Assembly (NCBI RefSeq): GCF_030384885.1
Contig: NZ_CP128613.1
Strand: one strand, 5' to 3'
DNA length: 64,000 bases
Origin: Escherichia coli
GTDB lineage: Bacteria; Pseudomonadota; Gammaproteobacteria; Enterobacterales; Enterobacteriaceae
Shown in pieces: positions 1 through 13,956 of the stretch (position 1 is its first letter; every line of letters begins with the position of its first letter). Below the pieces are notes generated by a model that was given only the letters and a program-made list of their open reading frames with translations, was not told the DNA's origin and did not search any database. The translations under genes were made by a program, and so were the position numbers.

Positions 1-507
1 GCGTAGAAGTGTGTTGTCCTTCCAGAAATAGTGGTGTGCCAGTGCAGCCGCAGCGTGCAACCCGATGACAAAATATCCCAGATTCGCCAGCGTCTCATGC
101 CACCACTTTAAGCTATCAACCCGTTCGAAATTGGCCTCTGCTGCATAAGGCATTGTCATACCAAACGCAAACCACGGGTTGCCCCGGTTATACATCATCA
201 CCAAACCAATCACTGGCAGCGCAATAAACAGGAGATAAATCACCAAATGTCCCAAATGTGCCAGTCCCGTCATCATCGGTTTTGGTTTAGGTACAATCGG
301 CGGAGTTGGGTATTTAAGCCTTAACAAAAGACGAACAACCATCAGCACGAGAATTGTGATGCCACAGGAAACATGAATCATGTTGATGAGCGGCCGATCG
401 CTACGTGGGAAGAAACCACGAAACTCCATTGCGCAATACGCTGCGATAACCAGCAAAAAGACCAGCCAGTGAATGCCGATTTGTAACCTTGAATATTTAC
501 TTTCCAT
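1..507 (-). CDS. cybB: cytochrome b561, 3' end runs off the window
   Basis: Minus-strand ATG at 507..505; frame stays open to position 1; translation starts MESKYSRLQIGIHWLVF and reaches ...HHYFWKDNTLLR at the window edge. Confidence 0.75.
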   Translation of the reverse strand, partial: MESKYSRLQIGIHWLVFLLVIAAYCAMEFRGFFPRSDRPLINMIHVSCGITILVLMVVRLLLRLKYPTPPIVPKPKPMMTGLAHLGHLVIYLLFIALPVIGLVMMYNRGNPWFAFGMTMPYAAEANFERVDSLKWWHETLANLGYFVIGLHAAAALAHHYFWKDNTLLR

Positions 508-695
508 AACATTTCCTGCTTTAACATAATTTTCCGTTAACATAACGAGCTTTTCTTAAAATTTCATTAAATATTGTTCACCCGTTTTCAGTACGTTACG
601 TTTCACGGCAAGAATGTAGATTGCCCATCCCGCCATCCTGGTCTAAGCCTGGAAAGGATCAATTTTCATCCGAACGTTCCTGACAGGAGAAGACC

Positions 696-1697
696 ATGAG
701 TAAAGTTGGTATTAACGGTTTTGGTCGTATCGGTCGACTGGTGTTGCGTCGATTACTTGAAGTCAAAAGCAACATAGACATTGTCGCTATTAATGATCTC
801 ACTTCCCCAAAAATTCTCGCCTACCTGCTGAAACATGATTCAAACTACGGACCGTTCCCCTGGAGCGTTGATTTTACGGAAGATTCACTTATCGTTGATG
901 GAAAAAGTATCGCGGTTTACGCCGAAAAAGAGGCTAAAAATATTCCATGGAAAGCGAAAGGCGCAGAAATCATTGTCGAATGTACTGGCTTTTATACCTC
1001 CGCCGAGAAATCGCAGGCGCACCTTGATGCTGGTGCGAAGAAGGTGTTGATTTCCGCCCCTGCCGGTGAAATGAAAACCATCGTTTATAACGTCAATGAC
1101 GACACACTGGATGGCAACGACACCATTGTTTCCGTGGCGTCATGCACCACTAACTGTCTTGCACCGATGGCCAAAGCCTTGCACGACAGTTTCGGAATAG
1201 AAGTCGGCACGATGACGACCATTCATGCCTATACTGGCACCCAGTCACTGGTGGATGGCCCGCGAGGTAAAGATCTACGCGCTTCACGTGCAGCGGCAGA
1301 AAATATCATTCCCCACACTACAGGCGCGGCAAAAGCCATTGGTCTGGTGATCCCAGAACTGAGCGGCAAACTGAAAGGTCATGCGCAACGCGTACCCGTG
1401 AAAACAGGTTCGGTGACTGAACTGGTGTCTATTCTTGGAAAAAAAGTGACTGCCGAAGAGGTGAACAACGCGCTTAAAAACGCGACAAACAATAACGAGT
1501 CATTTGGTTATACCGATGAAGAAATAGTCTCTTCTGATATCATTGGCAGCCATTTCGGGTCGGTGTTTGATGCCACGCAAACCGAAATTACCGCCGTGGG
1601 CGATTTACAACTGGTGAAAACGGTCGCCTGGTATGATAACGAATATGGCTTCGTCACGCAGCTTATTCGCACCCTCGAAAAATTCGCTAAACTCTGA
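696..1697 (+). CDS. gapC: glyceraldehyde-3-phosphate dehydrogenase C, intact 333 aa
   Basis: NAD-binding N-terminus [10 protein letters not shown] and active-site SCTTNCLAP; uninterrupted 333-codon ORF. Confidence 0.9.
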   Translation: MSKVGINGFGRIGRLVLRRLLEVKSNIDIVAINDLTSPKILAYLLKHDSNYGPFPWSVDFTEDSLIVDGKSIAVYAEKEAKNIPWKAKGAEIIVECTGFYTSAEKSQAHLDAGAKKVLISAPAGEMKTIVYNVNDDTLDGNDTIVSVASCTTNCLAPMAKALHDSFGIEVGTMTTIHAYTGTQSLVDGPRGKDLRASRAAAENIIPHTTGAAKAIGLVIPELSGKLKGHAQRVPVKTGSVTELVSILGKKVTAEEVNNALKNATNNNESFGYTDEEIVSSDIIGSHFGSVFDATQTEITAVGDLQLVKTVAWYDNEYGFVTQLIRTLEKFAKL

Positions 1698-1738
1698 CGA
1701 GCAAAGGCGGAGGGAAAAGCCTCCGCCTCTTTCACTCA

Positions 1739-3178
1739 TTACGACTGTAAATAAACCACCTGGGTCTGCAGGTATTCATGCAAGCCATGTTTGCCATCTG
1801 CGCCGCCAATACCGGATTTACGCCATCCGGCGTGGAATCCTTGCATAGCTTCGAAGTTTTCACGGTTGATGTAAGTTTCACCAAACTTCAGCCCTTTAAT
1901 AGCTTTCATCGCGACGTTCAGATTTTGGGTATAGAGTGATGAGGTCAGGCCGTAATCACTGTCATTAGCCATTGCGATAGCCTCTTCCAGCGTGTCAAAT
2001 GCGACCACTGGCAGCACCGGGCCAAAGGTTTCCTCGTGCATAATCGACATTTCCTGACGAACATCCAGCAGCAAAGTCGGCGGATAATAATATCCTTTCC
2101 CCTCAACCGCTTTGCCCCCCAACGCTACCCTCGCCCCCTCTTCGACTGCGCGCGCCACTTTTTGCTCGACCCTTTCCAGCGCCGCGGCGTTAATCAACGG
2201 CCCCATCGCAATGTCGTTGCGTTCAGCGGGGTTACCAAATTGAACCGCCTGCATCGCTTCACCCAGCCGATTGACGAACTGATCATAAATGCCTTTCTGT
2301 ACATAAACACGTTCTGCACAGTTACACACTTGCCCACTATTAATGACGCGTGAATCAACGATGGCTTTGACTGCCAGTTCAAGATCGGCATCGTCCATTA
2401 CGATAGCTGGTGCTTTACCACCCAATTCCAGACACACTTTTGTGATATTTTTTGCTGCAGTCGCCATGATCTTTTCACCTGCAGAGACGCTGCCTGTCAT
2501 ACTGACCATTGCGACCTTTGGGTTACCCGCCAGTTCTTGCCCAACGGTTTCACCACGCCCCAGCACAAGGTTAAACACACCGCGTGGAAGGCCTATTTCA
2601 TCGACAATTTTGGCAAAAGCAATCGCATTGTTTGGCGTAAATTCACTGGGTTTAATGACGATGGTATTACCGGTCAAAAGAGCGGGAGCCATTTTGCGGG
2701 CAATGAGGAAGAACGGGAAGTTCCACGGCAGAATGCCGGTAGTCACGCCAAGCGCACGTTTAAAGAGAAGAATATTTTCTCCTGGACGATCGCTTTGAAT
2801 AATCTCACCTTCGTAACGCCGCGCCCACTCTGCCATGTAATCGATATAATCCGCAGTAAATGCCACCTCAACTTCGGCCAGCTGCTGGATCTTGCCCCCT
2901 TCTTCAACAATCAGCGCACTGATTTCACTGGCGCGTTCGCGGATCCCGGCGGCGATTTTGCGCAACCAACTGGCGCGTTCAATGGCAGGCAATGCTTCCC
3001 ATTCTGGCTGCGCGCGCTCTGCGGCGTCGATTGCTTTGCGAGCATCTTCAGCCTGACCATCGGGAATGCGGGAAATCACCGCCTCTGTTGCGGGGTTAAC
3101 CACATCAATCCATGCGTCTCCACGCCAGGTAACAAACTGTCCATCGATATACATAGGATGTTGAACGGGTACTGACAT
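1739..3178 (-). CDS. aldA: lactaldehyde/glycolaldehyde dehydrogenase (NAD-dependent aldehyde dehydrogenase)
   Basis: 479-aa ORF with aldehyde dehydrogenase hallmarks (ELGGKAP, catalytic Cys region GQVCNCAERVYV). Confidence 0.93.
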   Translation of the reverse strand: MSVPVQHPMYIDGQFVTWRGDAWIDVVNPATEAVISRIPDGQAEDARKAIDAAERAQPEWEALPAIERASWLRKIAAGIRERASEISALIVEEGGKIQQLAEVEVAFTADYIDYMAEWARRYEGEIIQSDRPGENILLFKRALGVTTGILPWNFPFFLIARKMAPALLTGNTIVIKPSEFTPNNAIAFAKIVDEIGLPRGVFNLVLGRGETVGQELAGNPKVAMVSMTGSVSAGEKIMATAAKNITKVCLELGGKAPAIVMDDADLELAVKAIVDSRVINSGQVCNCAERVYVQKGIYDQFVNRLGEAMQAVQFGNPAERNDIAMGPLINAAALERVEQKVARAVEEGARVALGGKAVEGKGYYYPPTLLLDVRQEMSIMHEETFGPVLPVVAFDTLEEAIAMANDSDYGLTSSLYTQNLNVAMKAIKGLKFGETYINRENFEAMQGFHAGWRKSGIGGADGKHGLHEYLQTQVVYLQS

Positions 3179-3371
3179 GGGAGACTCCTGTGATTAATGT
3201 GTGTATTTGGTAAATTATTTGTTAATTAATATCAATCATCATAGAGACAGCATCTTGAAAGGACAAATCTGTGAAGAGCTTCATAAAAAGAAGGGTAAAA
3301 GGAATAAAAGGCAGAAAAAAAAGTAAGGAGTCATGCCCGTTTGCAAACAGTTATTCTCAAACGGGCAATTT

Positions 3372-4172
3372 TCAACGTAGCGAACGACTTTCCATCGCCT
3401 CGATAAGCACAGCATCGTGTTTCAGCGTTTGCCATGCCTGGGTGACTTCTGCAGGAAAATCAACGTGAACGATAAAATCTCGCCCACGGGGACCATAGCC
3501 ATCACTATCATCGCGTAAACGTGGCAGCTCGCCAGTGAGTAGTGAGAGATAACGCTCAACCGGCCATAATCCTTCTAACTGGTTAATAAAGATTACACTG
3601 TCTTCGTTGTTTCCTAGCTGAGGAACGAATCCGGGATAACTTAACCAGCGAGGTGCATCTGGATTGTCCCCGGTCATACGGCGGAACGTCGCCATCGTGC
3701 GCCGCTGCATGGTGGGGTCCTGAACAACGATAGCCGTATGAACTCTTTCTACGGCCTGATTCAATAGCGCGATGCTAAAGCGTGCGTTTTCACCGCAGTT
3801 TGTTGACTGGTCTTCAATCCAGATTTTTTCATGCGGAATGTGCCAGAACTGATGAGCGATATCCGCCAGGATGGTAGCTTCTGCTCTGCCAGTGGTGCGG
3901 ATAGTGTTGTAGTGCGGATGCTGTGCGATGGCGCTATACAAAAAAGTTGTCGAGTGACCGATACCACCACTAATCAGTAGAGGAATTTGCTGATCGCGGG
4001 CAATCTTACATGCCGCATCGATAGTCGGTATAACCGCATTGCCTGCAAGGATCACGCAATCGGCCTGATACGGCACCTCACCGGAGAAATCATCCTGCGC
4101 CAGCCACTGACCGATAACATTTATGGCATCTATGGTTGCCGGCGAAAGCGTCGGAAACGGGGTAATGTTCAT
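3372..4172 (-). CDS. ydcF: DUF218-family protein YdcF
   Basis: 266-aa ORF in the syntenic position between aldA and hrpA. Confidence 0.8.
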   Translation of the reverse strand: MNITPFPTLSPATIDAINVIGQWLAQDDFSGEVPYQADCVILAGNAVIPTIDAACKIARDQQIPLLISGGIGHSTTFLYSAIAQHPHYNTIRTTGRAEATILADIAHQFWHIPHEKIWIEDQSTNCGENARFSIALLNQAVERVHTAIVVQDPTMQRRTMATFRRMTGDNPDAPRWLSYPGFVPQLGNNEDSVIFINQLEGLWPVERYLSLLTGELPRLRDDSDGYGPRGRDFIVHVDFPAEVTQAWQTLKHDAVLIEAMESRSLR

Positions 4173-4443
4173 GGTTCCTCCTTATCGTTCCCTTAAGAAT
4201 ACTGCGTGAGATAATAATGAGAAGCGGAGCACTCTGAAAGGAGGAAGTCGTATTTCCTTAACCGCCACTCCGCAAGCCTGACATATCTTTTAAGGAAATG
4301 CTGTAGATAAACATTATTCATCTTGCAGCAGAGAATTGTATTTTTCTGAATTCCTGAATTTTTGCCCTTACCGTTTTAGAATTAATAAAAAACCCGGCGC
4401 TAAATGCTTACCGGGTTTTAGATTTATCAGGCAAATAGCAGCG

Positions 4444-7400
4444 TTAACCGCTAATCTGCTCCATCGCCTGTAGAATACGCTTATCTGAAATCGGATAAGG
4501 TGTACCGAGTTGTTGGGCAAAATAGCTGACGCGCAACTCCTCTATCATCCAGCGTATCTCTTTCACGTCTTCATCCTCACGACGTGCAGGCGGCAGTTTG
4601 TTGATCCATTGCTGCCACGCCTGCTGGACGTTTTCAACTTTCAGCATCTGAGCACGGTCACGGTGCGGGTCAACCGCCAGTTTTTCCAGACGCTTTTCAA
4701 TCGCCTGCAAATAACGCAGCGTGTCGCCCAGGCGTTTGAAGCCATTACCAGTGACAAAACCGCGATACACCAGCCCACTCATCTGCGCTTTAATGTCAGA
4801 AAGCCCCAGCGCCATGGTCATATCCACCCGCCCTTTCAGGCGTTTGTTGATATTGAACACCGCCGTAAGGATTTGCTCTACCTGCTTCGCAATATCCACC
4901 ACCGTGTCGTTCAGTTCAGCGCGGACTTTTTCATGAAGCGCAGCAAAGCCCTCTTCCGTCCAGACCGGGCCGCCCGCCTCATCAATCAACTTATCAACAC
5001 CGCAGGAGATGCAGTCGTCAATGAGATCCAGCACTTTACCGTACGGGTTAAAGTAGAGACCAAGCTTCGCTTTGTTCGGCAGTTTCTCATGCAGATATTT
5101 AATTGGCGACGGAATATTCAGCAGCAGCAAGCGACGCAAACCACGCCACATAGCCTGCTGTTGTTCCTGCGGGTTATCAAAAAGCTTAATCGCTACGCTG
5201 TCACGCTCATCCACCAGCGCAGGCCAGGCCTTCACTTTGTAGTTGCCACGTTTCTGCTCGTAGTGATCCGGTAAATTACCGAAGCTCCAGATATGTAACC
5301 CGCTTTGCTCAATACCATCATCGGCAACGGCGGAAAGCGTTTCCTGCACTTTGCCTTTCAGGGCGTCTTTCAGATCCTGTAATGAGCGCCCTTCTTTTAG
5401 CTTCTTATTTTTGTCATCCACCACACGGAAGGTGATTTTCAGGTGATCGGGCACCTGATCCCAGTGCCAGTCTTCGCGGTCAACGGTAACGCCGGTCATC
5501 CGCCGTAGCTCGCGCTCAAGGCTGTCGAGCAACGGCAGTTCCAGCGGCGTGACGCGACCTAAAAACGCTTCGGCGTAGTTTGGCGCGGGCACAAAATTAC
5601 GCCGTACCGGTTTCGGCAACGATTTGATTAGAGCAATCACCAGTTCACGGCGCAGGCCGGGGATCTGCCACTCAAACCCGCTTTCCTCAACCTGGTTAAG
5701 TAATGGCAGCGGAATATGCACGGTCACACCGTCAGCATCCGCCCCCGGCTCAAACTGATAGCTTAAACGCAGCTTGAGATTGCCCTGATGCCAGAAGTTC
5801 GGGTAATCCAGCTTGCTGATTTTTTCCGCCCCTTCTTTGATCAACATGCTCTTTTCAAAGTTGAGCAAATCAGGTGTTTCGCGGCTGACTTTTTTCCACC
5901 AACTATCAAAGTGACGTGCAGAGATCACATCATGGCTGATGCGCTGGTCGTAAAACTCAAACAACGTTTCGTCATCCACCAGAATATCGCGGCGACGTGA
6001 TTTGTGTTCCAGTTCTTCCACTTCTGCCCGTAGTTTCAGGTTTTCACGGAAGAATGCGTGACGCGTCTGCCAGTCACCTTCCACCAGCGCGTGGCGAATA
6101 AAAAGTTCACGACACAGCGCCGGATCAATCTGGCTGTAGTTGACCTTACGCGCAGCAACAATCGGCAACCCGTAAACGGTGACTTTTTCAGTTGCCATCA
6201 CCGCGCCCTGCGCCCGTTCCCAGTGCGGTTCGCTGTAGGAGCGTTTAATCAAATGCTGGGCAACTGGCTCTACCCATTCTGGATCGATGCGTGCCGCAAT
6301 GCGCCCCCACAGGCGGCTGGTTTCTACCAGTTCCGCCACCATTGCCCATTTCGGCGGCTTCTTGAATAAACCAGAACCGGGGAAGATGGAGAAACGCGCG
6401 TTACGTGCGCCGGTATATTCCTGTTTATCGGCATCTTTCATCCCGATATGCGAAAGCAAACCGGTCAGTAAGGCGATGTGAATTTCGCGATACTCCGCCG
6501 GTTCGCTGTTAACCGGAATGCCAAGTTCTTTCACCACCTGGCGCAACTGGGTGTAGATGTCCTGCCATTCGCGCACGCGCAGATAGTTAAGGTAATCGGT
6601 ACGGCAAAGGCGACGGAAGGCGTTTGAAGAGAGCGCCTTTTGCTGCTCGCCGAGATAATTCCACAGATTTACAAACGCCAGGAAGTCGGATTCTTTATCG
6701 TGGAAGCGACGATGTTTTTCGTCCGATGCCTGCTGCTTGTCCATTGGCCGCTCACGCGGGTCCTGAATAGAGAGCGCGGAAGTGATAATCATCGCCTCAC
6801 GCACGCAGCCATGTTTCTGCGCTTCCAGCACCATTCGCGCCAGACGAGGATCGACTGGCAGTTGCGAGAGCTGGCGACCGAGCGGCGTCAGTTTATAGGC
6901 GCTGGCCTGTTCATCAGTGGTGATCGCGCCCAGCTCTTCGAGCAGACGCACGCCATCCTGGATATTGCGTTTATCCGGCGCTTCTACAAACGGGAACGCA
7001 GCGATATCGCCCAGCCCCAGCGCGGTCATCTGCAAAATAACCGAGGCCAGGTTGGTACGCAGAATCTCCGGATCGGTAAACTCCGGGCGCGAGAGGAAAT
7101 CGTCTTCGGAATAAAGACGAATGCAGATCCCTTCTGACACACGACCACAGCGGCCTTTACGCTGATTAGCTGAAGCCTGCGAAATGGGCTCAATCGGCAA
7201 ACGCTGCACTTTGGTGCGATAGCTGTAGCGGCTGATACGCGCCGTACCTGGGTCGATAACGTATTTAATCCCCGGCACGGTCAGCGACGTTTCCGCGACG
7301 TTAGTCGCCAGCACAATGCGCCGTCCGCTGTGCGACTGGAAGACGCGGTTCTGCTCGCTGTTCGAAAGCCGTGCATAAAGCGGAAGAATTTCCGTATGGC

Positions 7401-8346
7401 GTAAGTTCAGCTTGTTCAGCGCATCGGCGGTATCGCGAATTTCTCGCTCGCCGCTCATAAAAATCAGAATGTCGCCGGGGCTTTCCTGGCTCAGTTCGTC
7501 TACGGCGTCAAAAATCGCCTGCAACTGGTCGCGCTCGGTGTCATCAGCTTCTTCAACAATCGGGCGATAGCGCACCTCCACCGGATAGGTACGACCGGAG
7601 ACTTCGATAATCGGCGCATTATTAAAGTGGCGCGAAAAGCGTTCCGGGTCGATAGTCGCGGAAGTGATAATGATTTTTAGGTCAGGACGCCGCGGCAGCA
7701 ACTCTTTCAAATAACCGAGGAGAAAATCGATATTCAGGCTACGTTCGTGCGCTTCGTCAATAATGATAGTGTCGTACTGCATCAGCAGGCGGTCTTGCTG
7801 GATCTCTGCCAGCAGGATACCGTCGGTCATCAGTTTGACCATCGTGTTATCACTGACGTGATCGCTGAATCGGACTTTATACCCGATGCAACCGCCCGGC
7901 TCCGTTTTCAGCTCTTCCGCGATCCGGTTCGCCACCGTTCGTGCCGCCAGACGACGCGGCTGGGTATGGCCGATCAGCCCTTTAATCCCGCGCCCCAGCT
8001 CCATACAGATTTTCGGTAGCTGAGTCGTTTTACCGGAACCCGTTTCCCCGGCGACGATCACCACCTGGTGATCACGGATTGCTTCGAGAATGTCCTGCTT
8101 TTTCTGACTAACCGGCAAATTGTCTGGATAAGTGATTTCCGGTCGTGCTGCTTCACGCAGCAGGACTTTCCCTGCCGCCTGGTCAATCTCTTTCGCCATC
8201 TCCTGGAAAATGGCCTGTTGTGCATCAGGATTTTTAACCTTCTTCACACCATGCAGACGGCGGGAAAAACGCAGTCTGTCACGCAGCATCAGCGAATCCA
8301 ACCGTTGCTGCAAGGCCGTAAAGGTCAATTTTTGTTGTTCTGTCAT
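4444..8346 (-). CDS. hrpA: ATP-dependent RNA helicase HrpA (DEAH-box)
   Basis: 1300-aa ORF; Walker A GETGSGKTTQLP, DEAH box IIIDEAHERS, motifs SAT and QRKGRCGR. Confidence 0.95.
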   Translation of the reverse strand: MTEQQKLTFTALQQRLDSLMLRDRLRFSRRLHGVKKVKNPDAQQAIFQEMAKEIDQAAGKVLLREAARPEITYPDNLPVSQKKQDILEAIRDHQVVIVAGETGSGKTTQLPKICMELGRGIKGLIGHTQPRRLAARTVANRIAEELKTEPGGCIGYKVRFSDHVSDNTMVKLMTDGILLAEIQQDRLLMQYDTIIIDEAHERSLNIDFLLGYLKELLPRRPDLKIIITSATIDPERFSRHFNNAPIIEVSGRTYPVEVRYRPIVEEADDTERDQLQAIFDAVDELSQESPGDILIFMSGEREIRDTADALNKLNLRHTEILPLYARLSNSEQNRVFQSHSGRRIVLATNVAETSLTVPGIKYVIDPGTARISRYSYRTKVQRLPIEPISQASANQRKGRCGRVSEGICIRLYSEDDFLSRPEFTDPEILRTNLASVILQMTALGLGDIAAFPFVEAPDKRNIQDGVRLLEELGAITTDEQASAYKLTPLGRQLSQLPVDPRLARMVLEAQKHGCVREAMIITSALSIQDPRERPMDKQQASDEKHRRFHDKESDFLAFVNLWNYLGEQQKALSSNAFRRLCRTDYLNYLRVREWQDIYTQLRQVVKELGIPVNSEPAEYREIHIALLTGLLSHIGMKDADKQEYTGARNARFSIFPGSGLFKKPPKWAMVAELVETSRLWGRIAARIDPEWVEPVAQHLIKRSYSEPHWERAQGAVMATEKVTVYGLPIVAARKVNYSQIDPALCRELFIRHALVEGDWQTRHAFFRENLKLRAEVEELEHKSRRRDILVDDETLFEFYDQRISHDVISARHFDSWWKKVSRETPDLLNFEKSMLIKEGAEKISKLDYPNFWHQGNLKLRLSYQFEPGADADGVTVHIPLPLLNQVEESGFEWQIPGLRRELVIALIKSLPKPVRRNFVPAPNYAEAFLGRVTPLELPLLDSLERELRRMTGVTVDREDWHWDQVPDHLKITFRVVDDKNKKLKEGRSLQDLKDALKGKVQETLSAVADDGIEQSGLHIWSFGNLPDHYEQKRGNYKVKAWPALVDERDSVAIKLFDNPQEQQQAMWRGLRRLLLLNIPSPIKYLHEKLPNKAKLGLYFNPYGKVLDLIDDCISCGVDKLIDEAGGPVWTEEGFAALHEKVRAELNDTVVDIAKQVEQILTAVFNINKRLKGRVDMTMALGLSDIKAQMSGLVYRGFVTGNGFKRLGDTLRYLQAIEKRLEKLAVDPHRDRAQMLKVENVQQAWQQWINKLPPARREDEDVKEIRWMIEELRVSYFAQQLGTPYPISDKRILQAMEQISG

Positions 8347-8537
8347 AACGTTAGTGGGCAGCAGGCTGCCTGATTAATTTTCTTTTAAATGATAGATATA
8401 GAGTACCACATCGCGGCTTTCTATGCGTTGTTCAATAAATTCGAACATAGGCTTCGATTTATTGCGCTATCTCTGTGGCAGGATTGTGAATAAAGTGTCA
8501 ACAAGCAACGGGGCATCGCCCATTCAAACATCTATAA

Positions 8538-9152
<615 letters not shown>

Positions 9153-9205
9153 CCGGACACTATTTTGATGTGGACTGTAGATATTCAGTCCACATCTCAA
9201 TCCAC

Positions 9206-12269
<3,064 letters not shown>

Positions 12270-12284
12270 TTTCTCTATTTTCCT

Positions 12285-13181
12285 TCAGTAACAGCAGTAG
12301 CGAATAAAATAAAAAAATACCGGAGCGGTGAAAATTAATGAGTCAATCCTGTCAAGGAGTCCGCCATGTCCTGGTAATAGTTTTCCGCTATCTTTAACAC
12401 CAATATCTCGTTTGATGGCTGACATCACTACATCGCCGCAAAAACCACTAATACCAATTAACAAACCCGCTAATAATGCCTGTAATGTATCTAGCGGTGT
12501 CAGCAACGGTCCAATAATCAGTGACGCAATCATGGTGGTGATTACGCCGCCCATCAGACCTTCCAATGTTTTTCCCGGGCTGACTTTAGGGACCACTTTT
12601 CTTCTGCCGCAGGATTTTCCCCATAAATACTGTGCAATATCGTTTGACTCGGTTAATGCCAAAAGAAATAACACCAGTAACGCCCCGCCCTGGATATTTG
12701 TGGTTGGCAACATTAATAACCAGGCGGCATGACTCAAGGCGAAAACGGTCATTATCCAGCCCCAAAAAATGGCGCTCACGGTATGCAGAAAACCGGAGGG
12801 GTCACCCACAAAAACTCGCCAGGTGGCTAATATCAGAAACCCAGCCAAAGGTATAAATAACAGAAACAGCTCAAAGCAATTAAAACCGATAAGCAAATAG
12901 TTAAGAGGAATAACCCAATATAACCAACGCGGAAAATGTACGAATACAAGCGTACAATATTCTTTCAATGCCATAAAACTTATCAGCGCAAAAAACGTCA
13001 ATGTCATCAAGCGTGGACCTGAAATCACTAGTGAAAAACAAATAACGATGCTCCACCAGGTACGAATACGTAATGTAACTTCATCTCCTTTTCTCTCCGG
13101 TAACCGCCATACCAGAAAACGGTTTATCAGCGTTGCTAAAATTAACAACACGAAAAGTATTGCCAGAGATTTTTCCAGCAT
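12285..13181 (-). CDS. ynbB: CDP-diglyceride synthetase-like membrane protein YnbB
   Basis: 298-aa polytopic membrane ORF; its start overlaps the ynbA stop (operon arrangement). Confidence 0.85.
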   Translation of the reverse strand: MLEKSLAILFVLLILATLINRFLVWRLPERKGDEVTLRIRTWWSIVICFSLVISGPRLMTLTFFALISFMALKEYCTLVFVHFPRWLYWVIPLNYLLIGFNCFELFLLFIPLAGFLILATWRVFVGDPSGFLHTVSAIFWGWIMTVFALSHAAWLLMLPTTNIQGGALLVLFLLALTESNDIAQYLWGKSCGRRKVVPKVSPGKTLEGLMGGVITTMIASLIIGPLLTPLDTLQALLAGLLIGISGFCGDVVMSAIKRDIGVKDSGKLLPGHGGLLDRIDSLIFTAPVFFYFIRYCCY

Positions 13182-13786
13182 TACTTTTCAGCGCTCATAA
13201 GGAGCACGCTTCGACAACGATTAATCGCAGTCCAGAGAAGCAGAATTGAAGCAATGCTCCATAAAAGATTATTCCATTGCATCCACTGGGGATAAATGGC
13301 AACGGCCAGCCCCCACAAACCAAATATTAACGCACGATCGCTTTTGCCAAATGGACCGGCATAACTGCGAATACCGTTAATCGTCTGCGCGAGTAAACCG
13401 CAAAACTCAGTCAATATGGTGCAAAATAACATGAGTATTACGAGTGATGCGTTACTTTCCGGTAAAAATAAAAACGGTAAATAAAGCGCAATATCGGAAA
13501 TAACATCGCCAGTTTCATTCAAAATCGCCCCCAGACGTGTTTGCTGATTGCACTCACGCGCCATCATGCCATCCAGCGCATTGAGTGCCATACGGACAAA
13601 AAGCACGATGGGCAATAGCAAAAAGAGGATGGGTCGTGCCACCAACATCAACAGCAATCCGATAAGAAGAGAAAGCGCCAGTGCCGCAAGAGTGATGTGA
13701 TTCGCTGTAACGTGGTGCTTATAAAGCCAAAACATCGTCGGCCTTAACAGCGACTGAAAGAGCGGTTTTATCTGGTAGAGCGTCAT
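13181..13786 (-). CDS. ynbA: CDP-alcohol phosphatidyltransferase family protein YnbA
   Basis: Membrane ORF with CDP-alcohol phosphatidyltransferase-like motif (DGMMARE...G...ETGD); the open frame extends two codons further, to 13792. Confidence 0.85.
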   Translation of the reverse strand: MTLYQIKPLFQSLLRPTMFWLYKHHVTANHITLAALALSLLIGLLLMLVARPILFLLLPIVLFVRMALNALDGMMARECNQQTRLGAILNETGDVISDIALYLPFLFLPESNASLVILMLFCTILTEFCGLLAQTINGIRSYAGPFGKSDRALIFGLWGLAVAIYPQWMQWNNLLWSIASILLLWTAINRCRSVLLMSAEK

Positions 13787-13956
13787 TATCAATCCTTGAT
13801 AATTCGGTTTGCGCTATGGTGCATCAATTCCCCTGACGGAGATATCGCAACACGCCGCTTCATTAAAAATTCAGAATATATCAAGGTATTGGGGACTCAC
13901 TGCCAGGAATGATTATCCCCAATTAATCAAATGGTTAAGAAAAATTACGTTGTGGA

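Noticed and set aside
2537-3175. 212-aa plus-strand ORF inside aldA
   Set aside because: Antisense to aldA; no ribosome-binding site and no domain features.
3271-3468. 65-aa Lys-rich plus-strand ORF and a hairpin in the aldA–ydcF intergenic region
   Set aside because: The ORF runs antisense into ydcF and is lysine-rich only because of an A-rich intergenic tract. A tiny 15-codon frame with AAGGAG but only 2-nt spacing also occurs here; the evidence is too weak to call either a gene.
4510-5274. 254-aa plus-strand ORF inside hrpA
   Set aside because: Antisense to a well-supported helicase gene; the translation is low-complexity with no domain signature.
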